Shown here one piece after another: positions 29,931-39,186 of a stretch of DNA of 64,000 nt. Numbering within the stretch: the first letter of the stretch is position 1; each line of letters starts with the position of its first letter. Below the pieces are notes generated by a model. The model saw nothing but the letters and a program-made list of their open reading frames with translations. It did no database searches and was not told the DNA's origin. The DNA is from Polyangiaceae bacterium (lineage in GTDB: Bacteria > Myxococcota_A > Polyangia > Polyangiales > Polyangiaceae). The DNA lies in assembly GCA_044376115.1 (NCBI GenBank), contig JBILLK010000023.1, forward strand, positions 32,001-96,000, written 5' to 3'. The translations under genes were made by a program, and so were the position numbers.

Positions 29931-31985
29931 ATGAATAACGACTCTCCCTCCCCTGCCAAACCCCTCGCTGAGTGGTTGGCTGACGCCATCCGCAAGGATT
30001 CCACCATCATCGGAGCGAAGCTCCAGGGCCGCGTCGTGGATCTCCACACCCCCGTCGTCGTGGAAGACCCCACCAAGCTCCCGCTCGTCCGCGCAAAAGA
30101 CGAGGCTGGGATCGCGATGATTCGTCACTCGACTGCCCACATCATGGCCGACGCTGTGCAGCGAATCTTTCCGGGTACCAAGGTGACGTTTGGGCCCGCG
30201 ACGGACGGTGGGTTTTACTACGACTTCGACTCGCCGAAGGGTGCCTTCAACGACGAGGACCTCGCGAAGATCGAGGACGTGATGCGCAAGATCATTGCGC
30301 AGAACCGCCCCTTCACGCGCACCGTCGTCAGCCGTGCTGCCGCCAAAGAATTGTTCCAAAAGCTCGGCGAAAACTACAAATGTGAGCACATCGATCGCCT
30401 GCCGGAGAACGAGCCCATTTCGGTTTATAGCCACGGCTCGATCGCTGGAGCGGCGAGCGGGCACAACGAAGGTGAATGGCTCGACCTGTGTGAAGGGCCG
30501 CACATTCCCAGCGCAGGTTTCATTGGTGCAGTGAAGCTCACCAGCGTTGCCGGAGCGTACTGGCGCGGGGATGAACGAAACCCGATGCTGCAGAGGGTCT
30601 ACGGGACCTCGTTCGGCTCGCAGAAGGAGCTCGATGAGCACTTGAAGCTGCTCGAAGAGGCCAAAGCGCGAGACCATCGCAAGCTGGGCAAGGAACTCGA
30701 CCTGTTCATGTTCCACGAATGGGCACCGGCGATGCCGTTCCTGCTTCCGCGCGGGGCCTTCGTTTACAACCAGCTCGTCGCCTACATGCGCGCGCTCTAC
30801 GTCGAGTACGGATACGACGAGGTGATCACGCCGCAGGTTTTTGACAAGCGATTGTTCGAAACCAGCGGCCACCTGCCGAATTACCGCGAGAACATGTATC
30901 TCCCGATGACGGCGGAGTACCTCGATGAGGCGAGGATGTCGCTCTCGGTTGGGGTCTCTGCAGATGACCACGACTACAAAGAGAAGGACGAAGCCCGCGA
31001 CAAGGCGGTGATCAAGCACCTCTCGGAGATGGAGCGGCTCGGCCTCAAGCCGATGAATTGCCCGAGCCACTGTTTAATGTTCGCGCAGCGGCGCCGTAGC
31101 TACCGGGAGTTGCCTTGGCGTGTAGCTGACTTTGGGCGCTTGCACCGCTACGAGCGCGGCGGCGTAGTCCACGGGCTGGCGCGCGTTCGCAGCTTCTGTC
31201 AGGACGACGCACACATTTTCACTACGCCGGATCGCATGCAAAGCGAGATCGAGAGCTTCATCAAGTTGCTCTACGAGGTGTATGCGGCCTTCAAGTTCGA
31301 CCGAGTCGACATCAAGCTCGCAACGCGCCCCGACAAGCGCATCGGCTCCGATGAGCAATGGGACGCAGCCGAGAAGGCGTTGGCGGAGGCGCTGCGCTCA
31401 GCCAACCTTGAGTTCGAGGTAGCTGAGGGAGAAGGCGCGTTCTATGGCCCCAAGCTCGAGTTCCACATCCAAGACGCGCTCAAGCGGTCGTGGCAACTCG
31501 GAACGATCCAAGTGGACTACGCCCTCCCCGACCGCTTCGACCTCGACTTCGTTGGCTCGGATGGCGCCAATCACCGGCCGATCATGCTTCACCGAGCGAT
31601 CCTTGGTTCGCTCGAACGGTTCCTGAGCGTGCTGATCGAGCACGTCGGCGGCGCGTTTCCGACGTGGCTTGCACCGGAGCAGGTTGCTCTCGTGACGGTC
31701 AGCGAGAAACAGAACGAGTACGCCCAGGAGCTCTTGGGCATCTTTCAGCAACATGGCATTCGCGCCAAAGCTGACATGGGGGCCGACAAGCTCGGCGCTA
31801 AAATCCGCAACGCCCGACTGATGCGAGTGCCGTATGTCGGCGTGCTCGGCGACAAAGAGGTCGAGGGCCGCGCGATCTCACCGCGCTCCCGTGACCTCAA
31901 CAAAGATCTTGGTTCGCTGTCGCTCGACTCCTTCATTGAGTTGATCAAGAAGGAATCGCAGTTTCCGCGCGTCGGCGCCCAGTGA
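29931..31985 (+). CDS. thrS: Threonine--tRNA ligase
   Basis: RHSTAH, DLCEGPH, RDHRKLG, KPMNCPSH, QDDAHIF, GAFYGPK, HRAILGSLERF; start set at ATG 29931. Confidence 0.97.
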   Translation: MNNDSPSPAKPLAEWLADAIRKDSTIIGAKLQGRVVDLHTPVVVEDPTKLPLVRAKDEAGIAMIRHSTAHIMADAVQRIFPGTKVTFGPATDGGFYYDFDSPKGAFNDEDLAKIEDVMRKIIAQNRPFTRTVVSRAAAKELFQKLGENYKCEHIDRLPENEPISVYSHGSIAGAASGHNEGEWLDLCEGPHIPSAGFIGAVKLTSVAGAYWRGDERNPMLQRVYGTSFGSQKELDEHLKLLEEAKARDHRKLGKELDLFMFHEWAPAMPFLLPRGAFVYNQLVAYMRALYVEYGYDEVITPQVFDKRLFETSGHLPNYRENMYLPMTAEYLDEARMSLSVGVSADDHDYKEKDEARDKAVIKHLSEMERLGLKPMNCPSHCLMFAQRRRSYRELPWRVADFGRLHRYERGGVVHGLARVRSFCQDDAHIFTTPDRMQSEIESFIKLLYEVYAAFKFDRVDIKLATRPDKRIGSDEQWDAAEKALAEALRSANLEFEVAEGEGAFYGPKLEFHIQDALKRSWQLGTIQVDYALPDRFDLDFVGSDGANHRPIMLHRAILGSLERFLSVLIEHVGGAFPTWLAPEQVALVTVSEKQNEYAQELLGIFQQHGIRAKADMGADKLGAKIRNARLMRVPYVGVLGDKEVEGRAISPRSRDLNKDLGSLSLDSFIELIKKESQFPRVGAQ

Positions 31986-32199
31986 TCGGTGCTCATCAAG
32001 CACGGCCGGCTGAGGTTGCTCCTCGCCGGCCGAGCGTCGTGAGAGCTTGATGTGCCGTTGCGTCTGGTCAGGCGCACGCAGGCCTCGTCAGCGAGCGCAA
32101 AAGAAATCTTTCTGTCCGAGGCCCTTGCGTGGGCCTGAACAATCGTCTCTCATCCGCCCTTCCCCATTCTTGCAACAAAAAAGGAGCTCCTGAACCCGC

Positions 32200-32922
32200 A
32201 TGGCCATGCGCAGATTCGATCCTCGTCAACAGCAACGCGGCCCTCAAATCCGTATCAACCAACGTATCCGCGTCCCCGAGATTCGCGTCATCGGTGAGGA
32301 CGGAGAGATGTTGGGCATCCTCCCCACACACGAAGCCCTCCGGCGCGCACAAGAGCGCGGGCTTGACTTGGTGGAGGTGAACCCGAAGGCCGATCCGCCT
32401 GTCTGCAAGATCCTCGACTACGGCAAGTTCAAGTACGACGAGAAGAAGAAGGCGCGCGAAACCCGAATCAAGACGGCTGCGTTCGAGATCAAGGAGATCA
32501 AGCTTCGGCCCAAGACCGATGATCACGACTTGGACTTCAAGACCCGCGCCGCGCAAGCCTTCCTCGAGGCTGGGCACAAGGTGAAGTTCACCGTGCGATT
32601 CCGTGGCCGTGAGATCACGCACCCCCAGGTCGCCCAGCAGCAGCTCGACCATATCGTGCAGAAGCTGGAAGAAATCGCGGTGATCGAGGTTAGGCCGGCG
32701 ATGGAGCAGCGCACCATGACGCTGCTGGTCGCGCCCAAGGCCGTGGTGATGCAGAAGGTTCAAACGGCGCGCGCTCAAGCAGCCAAAGCCCTTCGTAAAG
32801 ACCGTCCGGAAGATCGCGAGCTGGCACGCCAAGACGCTGACGTCGCCAAATTCGAGCAGCAACTTGCAGACGCGGAGGACGAGGACGACGACGACGACGA
32901 CGAGGACGAGGCCAAGGAGTGA
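32200..32922 (+). CDS. infC: Translation initiation factor IF-3 with long acidic C-terminal extension
   Basis: RINQRIRVPEIRVI, LDLVEV, DYGKFKY, KEIKLRP, KVKFTVRFRGRE. Confidence 0.95.
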   Translation: MAMRRFDPRQQQRGPQIRINQRIRVPEIRVIGEDGEMLGILPTHEALRRAQERGLDLVEVNPKADPPVCKILDYGKFKYDEKKKARETRIKTAAFEIKEIKLRPKTDDHDLDFKTRAAQAFLEAGHKVKFTVRFRGREITHPQVAQQQLDHIVQKLEEIAVIEVRPAMEQRTMTLLVAPKAVVMQKVQTARAQAAKALRKDRPEDRELARQDADVAKFEQQLADAEDEDDDDDDEDEAKE

Positions 32923-33437
32923 GAGCTCGGCTTCTGCTGGCGTTGGTGCTCGGGAGCTCGCTCGGAGCTCCCGGGTGCGCCACCGAGACGGAGGTGCTTT
33001 TCGGCGAACCGGATGAGATCTTGGGAGCGGACGCCGCCACCATTTCGTCAGGAGGCTCGTGTACGCCTGACCTCTCCTGCAGCGTGAGCTTCCGGGACGA
33101 CATCTTCCCGGTACTCGTCGAGACCGCGCGCTGCAGCTCGGCTGGGTGTCACGCCACTGCCATTGCCCAGTTCGAGTTTCCCGAGAACGCAGGCGACGCC
33201 CGTGAGGCGCTGCTCGCGTACGTCTTCCAGGGCAGCGAAGCGTACGTGCTTCCCTGCCAGCCCGAGGCCTCCAAGTTTTTGTGCAATCTCAACCTCGGTG
33301 AAGCTGCACAGCCGGGGTCTTCGTGCGGGTCTCCGATGCCGAAACTGATTGATGATGCCGTGAGCGACACGGCGCTTAGCCAGGCTGACTACGACGCCAT
33401 CGAGCAGTGGATCACCTGTGGGGCTCCAGACAATTGA
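32919..33437 (+). CDS. Lipoprotein with cytochrome c-like domain (CX4CH)
   Basis: Lipobox APGC; SFRDDIFPVL...CSSAGCH; distal MP; IEQWITCGAPDN end; GTGA overlap with infC. Confidence 0.75.
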   Translation: MRARLLLALVLGSSLGAPGCATETEVLFGEPDEILGADAATISSGGSCTPDLSCSVSFRDDIFPVLVETARCSSAGCHATAIAQFEFPENAGDAREALLAYVFQGSEAYVLPCQPEASKFLCNLNLGEAAQPGSSCGSPMPKLIDDAVSDTALSQADYDAIEQWITCGAPDN

Positions 33438-33439
33438 TC

Positions 33440-35593
33440 ATGCAAAGGCGCCTTCCGCTCCTCACGCTGCTGCTGAGCTCGCTGCTTGGGCTTTCCAGTA
33501 GCGCGTTGGCTCAAAACAAGCCCGGCGAACCGGCGAACGAGCCGAAGAGCGATGCCAAAGCAGGGACGACGGAGGATGCGGAAGCTGCAGCGCTGCAAGC
33601 GGTTGCCGAGGCTTTGGATCTGATGAACTCCGGCAAGGCGGATGAAGCGCTCACCAAGTTGACCGCGCGCTTTGAGCAGTGCGGCGCTTGTGAGTCCTCC
33701 ACGCGGGGTCTCGTGCTGTCGACGCTGGGCATCGTCTACGGCAACGGCAAGGCGGATCTGGCGCGAGCGGAGGCGATCTTTGTCGTAGCCCTTCGTGAGG
33801 ACCCGTCCCTCGAGCTTGACCGCGAGTTTGCAAACAAGGACGTCGGTAAGGCGTTCGCCGAGGCTCAGCGTGAGGTCAAGAAGACGCCCAACGGTCCCGG
33901 CAAGGGCTCTACGCGCCTGCCGCCGACACGAGCTCAGCGCGAGTCGGCCCGCGAGGGTGCAGCGCAACTCGCAGCGGGTAACTGGAGCGACTGTATGGGA
34001 ACGCTGATCGGAGCGATGAGCGATTCCGAGTTTGCGGAGGGTAAACTTTCGTTAGCGCGTTGCGAGGAGGCTGGGAGCTTGCTGCTCGAAGCGATTCGAG
34101 ACGCCACTCGAGCTGCTGAGATGGCCCGCCAAGAAGGCAATCCTTCGGTTGAAGCGCAGGCCAAGGAGTTCCTGGAGAAACTCGCGGATGAAACGCCACG
34201 GATCGTGGTGGTGGTGCCGGCGTCGATCGACGGCGCCGAAATCAAGGTCGATGGCGAGAAGTTCTCGCGCGATGAAGCGACCAAAGGCATTCCACGCAAC
34301 CCGGGAAAGGCCACTGTGGAGGTCGTCGGCAAAAAGGCTGGCTACCCCTTCACCTTCAAGACGCAGGAAACGGTCGAGCGAGGGGAGAAAATCACCGTCG
34401 ACGTTTCACAGGCTTCGGGTAGTCAGAACAGCGCGGTGCAACAGTGCCTTGCCAACGCGAAGACCGCCGATGAAGTCGCGCTGTGTTTGGAGACTGGCGG
34501 CAAGGGTCGAGGGCTCACGTTCCGCGGCGCGCTCGAGGTCTCGAGCTACAACGACACGCTGCACGTGGATGCCCTGTCGCCTGGCGTTAAGCTCGGCTTT
34601 GAGAACCCCGCACAGGGCTGGCTGATCGGTGGCAGCGCGATGGTGGACGTCGTCAGCGCTGCGTCGCCCGATATCGTTGCTACTGCGTCACGGCGCTTCG
34701 ATCAGGCGCGCTTCGCCGGAACACTGGGCGGCGACGTCAAGATCGACGTCGTGCGGGTGGGAGCGAAGACAGCCGTTTCTTACGAGAACGACTACACGGG
34801 CCGCTCCTTTGGGGTGGTGCTCGCGGCAGACGTCTTCGACAAGCGGGTGACCCCTTCGATTGCCTACACGCTGGGCTACGACACGCTGGGTATCGCGGGT
34901 GACAGCACCTTCGAGAGCGACATATTCGTACACACGGTCGACGTCGGAGCCAGTGCGGTGCTCTCGACCACGACGGTGATGGTGGGTGCTGGTACTTTTG
35001 CAGCCGAGTCCGGCGACCAGTCCAAGCCCTACCGCCACGTGCCGTTCTTTACTTCGGACGTCGCACCGGACGTACCGCGAGGCGCAACGCCGGCGGCCGT
35101 GGCCGCAGCAAGACTGCCAGTGGCCGCCAAGGACCGGCTCCCCGACTCGCGCCTGCGTGGGGCGGTGGCAGCGGGTATTCGGCAACGCTTCGACGAGTCG
35201 ACGTTGCGGGTCGATGAACGCTTCTACTTGGACGATTGGGGGTTGCTGGCGAGCACGACCGAAGCGCGCTACCTACACGATCTCACCGACTCGACGCGGC
35301 TCGGCCCTCATGCTCGCTTCCACATCCAGTCGGGCGTGGACTTTTGGCAGCGGGCCTACGTCGCGAGCGCAGCCGGTTTCCCGCTGACCTTGCCCGAGTA
35401 CCGAACAGGCGATCGCGAGATGGGTCCAATGTTCAACCTGGCCTTGGGCGGAAGCTTTCGACAGAAAGTGAGCGATAGCTTCGCTCTCGGTCTGAACATT
35501 GACGGCCTCTACTCACAGTTTCTTGATCACATCTATGTGTTCGACCGCTGGGGGCTGTTCACAGCTTCAACCTTGGAGCTCGTGCTCGAATGA
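33440..35593 (+). CDS. DUF3570-type outer-membrane beta-barrel with N-terminal TPR/PEGA-like domains
   Basis: Signal peptide; VDVVSAASPD, SYENDY, DRLPDSRLR, RFYLDDWG motifs recalled for DUF3570. Confidence 0.75.
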   Translation: MQRRLPLLTLLLSSLLGLSSSALAQNKPGEPANEPKSDAKAGTTEDAEAAALQAVAEALDLMNSGKADEALTKLTARFEQCGACESSTRGLVLSTLGIVYGNGKADLARAEAIFVVALREDPSLELDREFANKDVGKAFAEAQREVKKTPNGPGKGSTRLPPTRAQRESAREGAAQLAAGNWSDCMGTLIGAMSDSEFAEGKLSLARCEEAGSLLLEAIRDATRAAEMARQEGNPSVEAQAKEFLEKLADETPRIVVVVPASIDGAEIKVDGEKFSRDEATKGIPRNPGKATVEVVGKKAGYPFTFKTQETVERGEKITVDVSQASGSQNSAVQQCLANAKTADEVALCLETGGKGRGLTFRGALEVSSYNDTLHVDALSPGVKLGFENPAQGWLIGGSAMVDVVSAASPDIVATASRRFDQARFAGTLGGDVKIDVVRVGAKTAVSYENDYTGRSFGVVLAADVFDKRVTPSIAYTLGYDTLGIAGDSTFESDIFVHTVDVGASAVLSTTTVMVGAGTFAAESGDQSKPYRHVPFFTSDVAPDVPRGATPAAVAAARLPVAAKDRLPDSRLRGAVAAGIRQRFDESTLRVDERFYLDDWGLLASTTEARYLHDLTDSTRLGPHARFHIQSGVDFWQRAYVASAAGFPLTLPEYRTGDREMGPMFNLALGGSFRQKVSDSFALGLNIDGLYSQFLDHIYVFDRWGLFTASTLELVLE

Positions 35594-36327
35594 ACCGTTT
35601 ACTCGCTGCTGGTCTGCTTACGCTCGGCGGTGCGGCGTTCAGCTGCCGCTATGATCCGGTGCCGCAAGACAACATTGCAGAGCTGGGCGAGGAGCAGGGC
35701 GAACCAAGCGCAACCCATCGCCCTGGTCAGCCTTGTGTGCTCTGCCACTCGACCTACGAGGGCGCCAAACCACTGATGGCGATCGGTGGAACCATCTACT
35801 ACCAAAATTCGGGCGGCCAGATCTTGCCGGCGGAGAACGTGCTGGTGCGCATCACCGATTCACAGAACACCGAACGAAAAGCGTGCACCAACGAGGTCGG
35901 CAATTTCTGGGTGGAGCGGGACAACTGGCAGGACATCACCTACCCACTCGAGGTGCGAGCGGGTGGCCGTCGCATGCAATCAATTGTCGGACGTGAGGGG
36001 TCCTGCGCGGCGTGTCACACCCTTCCGAACGACAACAGCTTGGATGCGGTCACCGGTGCGGCTCGTGATTCGGCGGGCGTAGTAGTGGTCTCGGAGAGCG
36101 ATTTGCTCGGGCCCTGTGCTGGAGAACCTGCTGGCGGCGCTGGCGGCGCTGGGGGAAGCGGGGCCGGTGGCGCTGGTGGCAACGGCGGGGCCGGTGGTGG
36201 CGGCGGCGCTGGTGGAACTGGGGCCGGCGGGGCCGGTGGCGCTGGTGGGACGGGCGGCATGGCCGGGGCTGGTGGAATGGGCGGAGTAGGCGGCATGGCG
36301 GGTGCGGCTGGGGCAGGTGGCGTGTGA
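35590..36327 (+). CDS. Di-heme c-type cytochrome lipoprotein with Gly/Ala tail
   Basis: Lipobox AFSC; HRPGQPCVLCH and CAACH; ATGA overlap. Confidence 0.78.
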   Translation: MNRLLAAGLLTLGGAAFSCRYDPVPQDNIAELGEEQGEPSATHRPGQPCVLCHSTYEGAKPLMAIGGTIYYQNSGGQILPAENVLVRITDSQNTERKACTNEVGNFWVERDNWQDITYPLEVRAGGRRMQSIVGREGSCAACHTLPNDNSLDAVTGAARDSAGVVVVSESDLLGPCAGEPAGGAGGAGGSGAGGAGGNGGAGGGGGAGGTGAGGAGGAGGTGGMAGAGGMGGVGGMAGAAGAGGV

Positions 36328-36842
36328 GACGAGGTCGAAGCCTGCTGTTTCTCGCGGCCTTAGGGGCAGCCGCCTGTCGAGACGACCTTGCAGCGCAAAA
36401 ACCTCTGCTTTGTCCAGCTCCCGAGCTGTTCACCGAGGCGGTGCAGCCGTACCTCGAGAAGCGATGCGGAACGCTGGATTGCCACGGCAGTTCGCAGCGG
36501 CCGCTGTCAGTTTACGGCCAGTTTGGGCTGCGGCATCCGCTGGAGGCCAACGTCTCTGGAGGCGAGCCCACCACAGACGTTGAGAGCAACGCCAACTACC
36601 TATCCGCGTGCAGTCTCGAGCCTGAACTTATGGCTGGCGCCCTCGAGGACCTCGGAGCTTCAGCGGACAAACTCAAACTCGTGGCCAAGCCCCGCGGGCA
36701 GATGAACCACAAGGGTGGCCGTGTTGTGAATGAAGGAGACGCTGGAGATCGCTGCATCATGGGGTGGGTAGGCTCCATCTCGAACGAAGATGCAGCGCGC
36801 GTTCGTGCCGAGTGCAAGACCGCGCTGGAAAGCCTAAAGTAG
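36324..36842 (+). CDS. Lipoprotein with cytochrome c-like domain (CX4CH)
   Basis: Lipobox AAAC; FTEAVQPYLEKRCGTLDCH; later KP...HKGG; GTGA overlap. Confidence 0.75.
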   Translation: MRRGRSLLFLAALGAAACRDDLAAQKPLLCPAPELFTEAVQPYLEKRCGTLDCHGSSQRPLSVYGQFGLRHPLEANVSGGEPTTDVESNANYLSACSLEPELMAGALEDLGASADKLKLVAKPRGQMNHKGGRVVNEGDAGDRCIMGWVGSISNEDAARVRAECKTALESLK

Positions 36843-36876
36843 CGGTAACGTTCGTGACCAAGCTTCAAGTGCTTCG

Positions 36877-39138
36877 ATGAGACAGGAACCGCGTCCGGGA
36901 GACATTGTCGCGGGGAAATACCGCGTTCGAGCCATTCTCGGCAGAGGCCGAGGAACGCTCGTTGAAGCGGAAAATGTTTCGTTCGAGCAGCGCGTCGCAA
37001 TTCGCATCGTATCGCCGCAACTGGGCGACAACGTCGAGATAGGAAAATTTCGCAGGGAAGCGCGCGCGCTCGCCAAGTTGGGCTCGGAGCACGTGGCCCG
37101 GATCATCGACGTTGGGAACTTGCAGGACGGATCCTTCTACCTCGTGCGCCAATACCTCGAGGGCCTCGACGTGGCGCGCTACCTCAAGGGCCGACGAACG
37201 CTAGGCGTTGAAGAGTCGATTGGTTGGATCTTGCAAGCGACCGAAGCAGTCGCCGAGACCCACGCCTACGGGATCCTGCTTCGTGAACTGTCGCCGTCCC
37301 ATCTTTTCTTGGCGGACCGGAGTCCCGGCGTTCGCAGTGGGCCGCGGGTGCTCAAGGTGATCGACTTCGGCACGAGCAAACTCCTGCGTGAGAACTCGGA
37401 TGCGGCGGTGGAGGAGTTCACCTCGACGACGCTCACCGGAATATCGCCCTACTCCTCGCCTGAGATGCTGCGCCGGCAAAAGGACCTCGACGTTCGCACC
37501 GACGTTTGGTCGCTCGGCGCCATCCTCTACGAGATGCTCTCAGGGCGACCTCCTTTTGGTAGCGACACGCTATCGCTTGCCATCGCGATCACGCGGGACA
37601 ACCCGACGCCGCTCGGTCAGCTTCGACGAGACGTCCCTCCCGAGGTTGAGGAAGCCGTCATGCGCTCCCTCTCGAAAGACCGGAATCAGCGAACAGCGGA
37701 CACGCACGCGTTTGCAGCGTCGCTCGCGCGGTTTGCTCCACCAGAGGGCCGGGCGTTGATGGAGCGCATTCGCGGTCTCGCCGCCTCGGCGCGCAACCGA
37801 GCCAACGGAAGCTCGAGCGAAGAAGAGGAGCTCGAGGTTAGCGAGGTCGAGGAGCTGAGCGACGACGGAGAAGAAGCGGCGACGCGCGTAGGGCGCGTCG
37901 CTGACATCATGAAGAGCGGTGCTTTGCCGACGCCCGGCGGGCCTCGTGCTGCGCAGGCTCAGACTGCGCAGGCTCAGACTGCGCAGGCGCAGAGGGTGCA
38001 GGCTCACACGGCCCCAACCCCCGGCCGCATGGCGCCACCGCCTGGTTACGGGCGCGGCCCTGTGGACGAGCCAACGGCACCTCGCAACCCGTCGAGGACG
38101 GTACCCACGCCTGCCCCGCCAGCCGCCCCAGCGCCCCGGGCGATCACCCAAGAAAAAACCGAAGCGCTTGGGGTCAACTTTAACTTCTCACCCAACTTGG
38201 GAGCTGGCTCGCCTTCAGCCCCGCCGCCTGGTCCGGTGTTCGCCGGTGCGGCGGGTGGGTCCAATCCCAACGCGCCCAAACCAACACAGGTGCTGCCGGC
38301 GCTGCTCGATAACCCGCGCGCGTCGCTGCCGGCGATGCCTGGCCTACCTGCGCTCCCAGCTCCGCCGAGGCCCTCGTTGCACCCGGATGCGAGTTCGACC
38401 CCGGGAATGATCGCGCCCGCGATGCCGATGAGTGCAGCAGAGTCGCAGTGGGGAGCGCGACCCGCTCCGTCGAATCCCGGGACGTTTGGTGCGCAGCCAG
38501 TTCAACCGCTCCCCGCGCCCCAACCCAAGAACGCGTTTGGGCGGAAACTCGCACTCATGGTCGTGCTCGGCGCCGGCTTCGCGCTGGCCCTGATGATCGT
38601 GGTGCTGGTGGTGTTGCCGTCGGGCGGCGGAGCCTCGGCGACAGCGTCCGCATCCCCATCAACGACAGCGAGCACCGCGGGCCCCGCGCGAACGCCAACC
38701 GCTGCTGTCACCAGCGATCCCGTACCAACGGCGACGCCCACAGCGACGAGCGAGGTGGTTGCATCGGCAACGCCGTCCGCTGAGCCGACAACGGAGCCAA
38801 CCGCGACCCCCACGGCGACGGCCAAGCCTCGCAACACAGCGACCGTCGCAACCACGTCGCAGCCTGTAGCGACCAGCAAGCCGACTGCGACTCCGACCGC
38901 GACTGCAACGGTGGAGCCCGCGAAACCAGGCGAGCAGGGCACGTTGGTGCTGGTTGCAGTCGGAGGGACCTGCGCCTTCTCGGTGAACGGGGCCTCCAAG
39001 GGGACCACCAACTCGGTCAAGCTTTCGGTGGCGCCGGGCAACTATGCGGTCACCTGCAAACCTGCAAGCGGGGCGTCTCGATCGCGGTCCGCGTCAGTGA
39101 AGGCCGGCAAAACGGCGATGATCACCTTCAAGTTGTAG
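36877..39138 (+). CDS. Membrane Ser/Thr kinase-fold protein, probable pseudokinase, with C-terminal PEGA-like domain
   Basis: Kinase fold with DFG, SPE and DVWSLG, but VAIR instead of VAIK and LRELSPSH instead of HRDLKPxN; TM helix; Pro/Thr linker. Confidence 0.85.
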   Translation: MRQEPRPGDIVAGKYRVRAILGRGRGTLVEAENVSFEQRVAIRIVSPQLGDNVEIGKFRREARALAKLGSEHVARIIDVGNLQDGSFYLVRQYLEGLDVARYLKGRRTLGVEESIGWILQATEAVAETHAYGILLRELSPSHLFLADRSPGVRSGPRVLKVIDFGTSKLLRENSDAAVEEFTSTTLTGISPYSSPEMLRRQKDLDVRTDVWSLGAILYEMLSGRPPFGSDTLSLAIAITRDNPTPLGQLRRDVPPEVEEAVMRSLSKDRNQRTADTHAFAASLARFAPPEGRALMERIRGLAASARNRANGSSSEEEELEVSEVEELSDDGEEAATRVGRVADIMKSGALPTPGGPRAAQAQTAQAQTAQAQRVQAHTAPTPGRMAPPPGYGRGPVDEPTAPRNPSRTVPTPAPPAAPAPRAITQEKTEALGVNFNFSPNLGAGSPSAPPPGPVFAGAAGGSNPNAPKPTQVLPALLDNPRASLPAMPGLPALPAPPRPSLHPDASSTPGMIAPAMPMSAAESQWGARPAPSNPGTFGAQPVQPLPAPQPKNAFGRKLALMVVLGAGFALALMIVVLVVLPSGGGASATASASPSTTASTAGPARTPTAAVTSDPVPTATPTATSEVVASATPSAEPTTEPTATPTATAKPRNTATVATTSQPVATSKPTATPTATATVEPAKPGEQGTLVLVAVGGTCAFSVNGASKGTTNSVKLSVAPGNYAVTCKPASGASRSRSASVKAGKTAMITFKL
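37951..38010 (+). repeat. 15-bp tandem coding repeat (AQAQT-like)
   Basis: GCGCAGGCTCAGACT x2 plus two degenerate copies. Confidence 0.7.
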
Positions 39139-39186
39139 CGCGAACACGTTGCAGCGCGTGAATCGCGGTCGCGGCATCGGCGCGCA

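Noticed and set aside
29886..31070. 394-aa minus-strand ORF
   Set aside because: Antisense shadow of thrS
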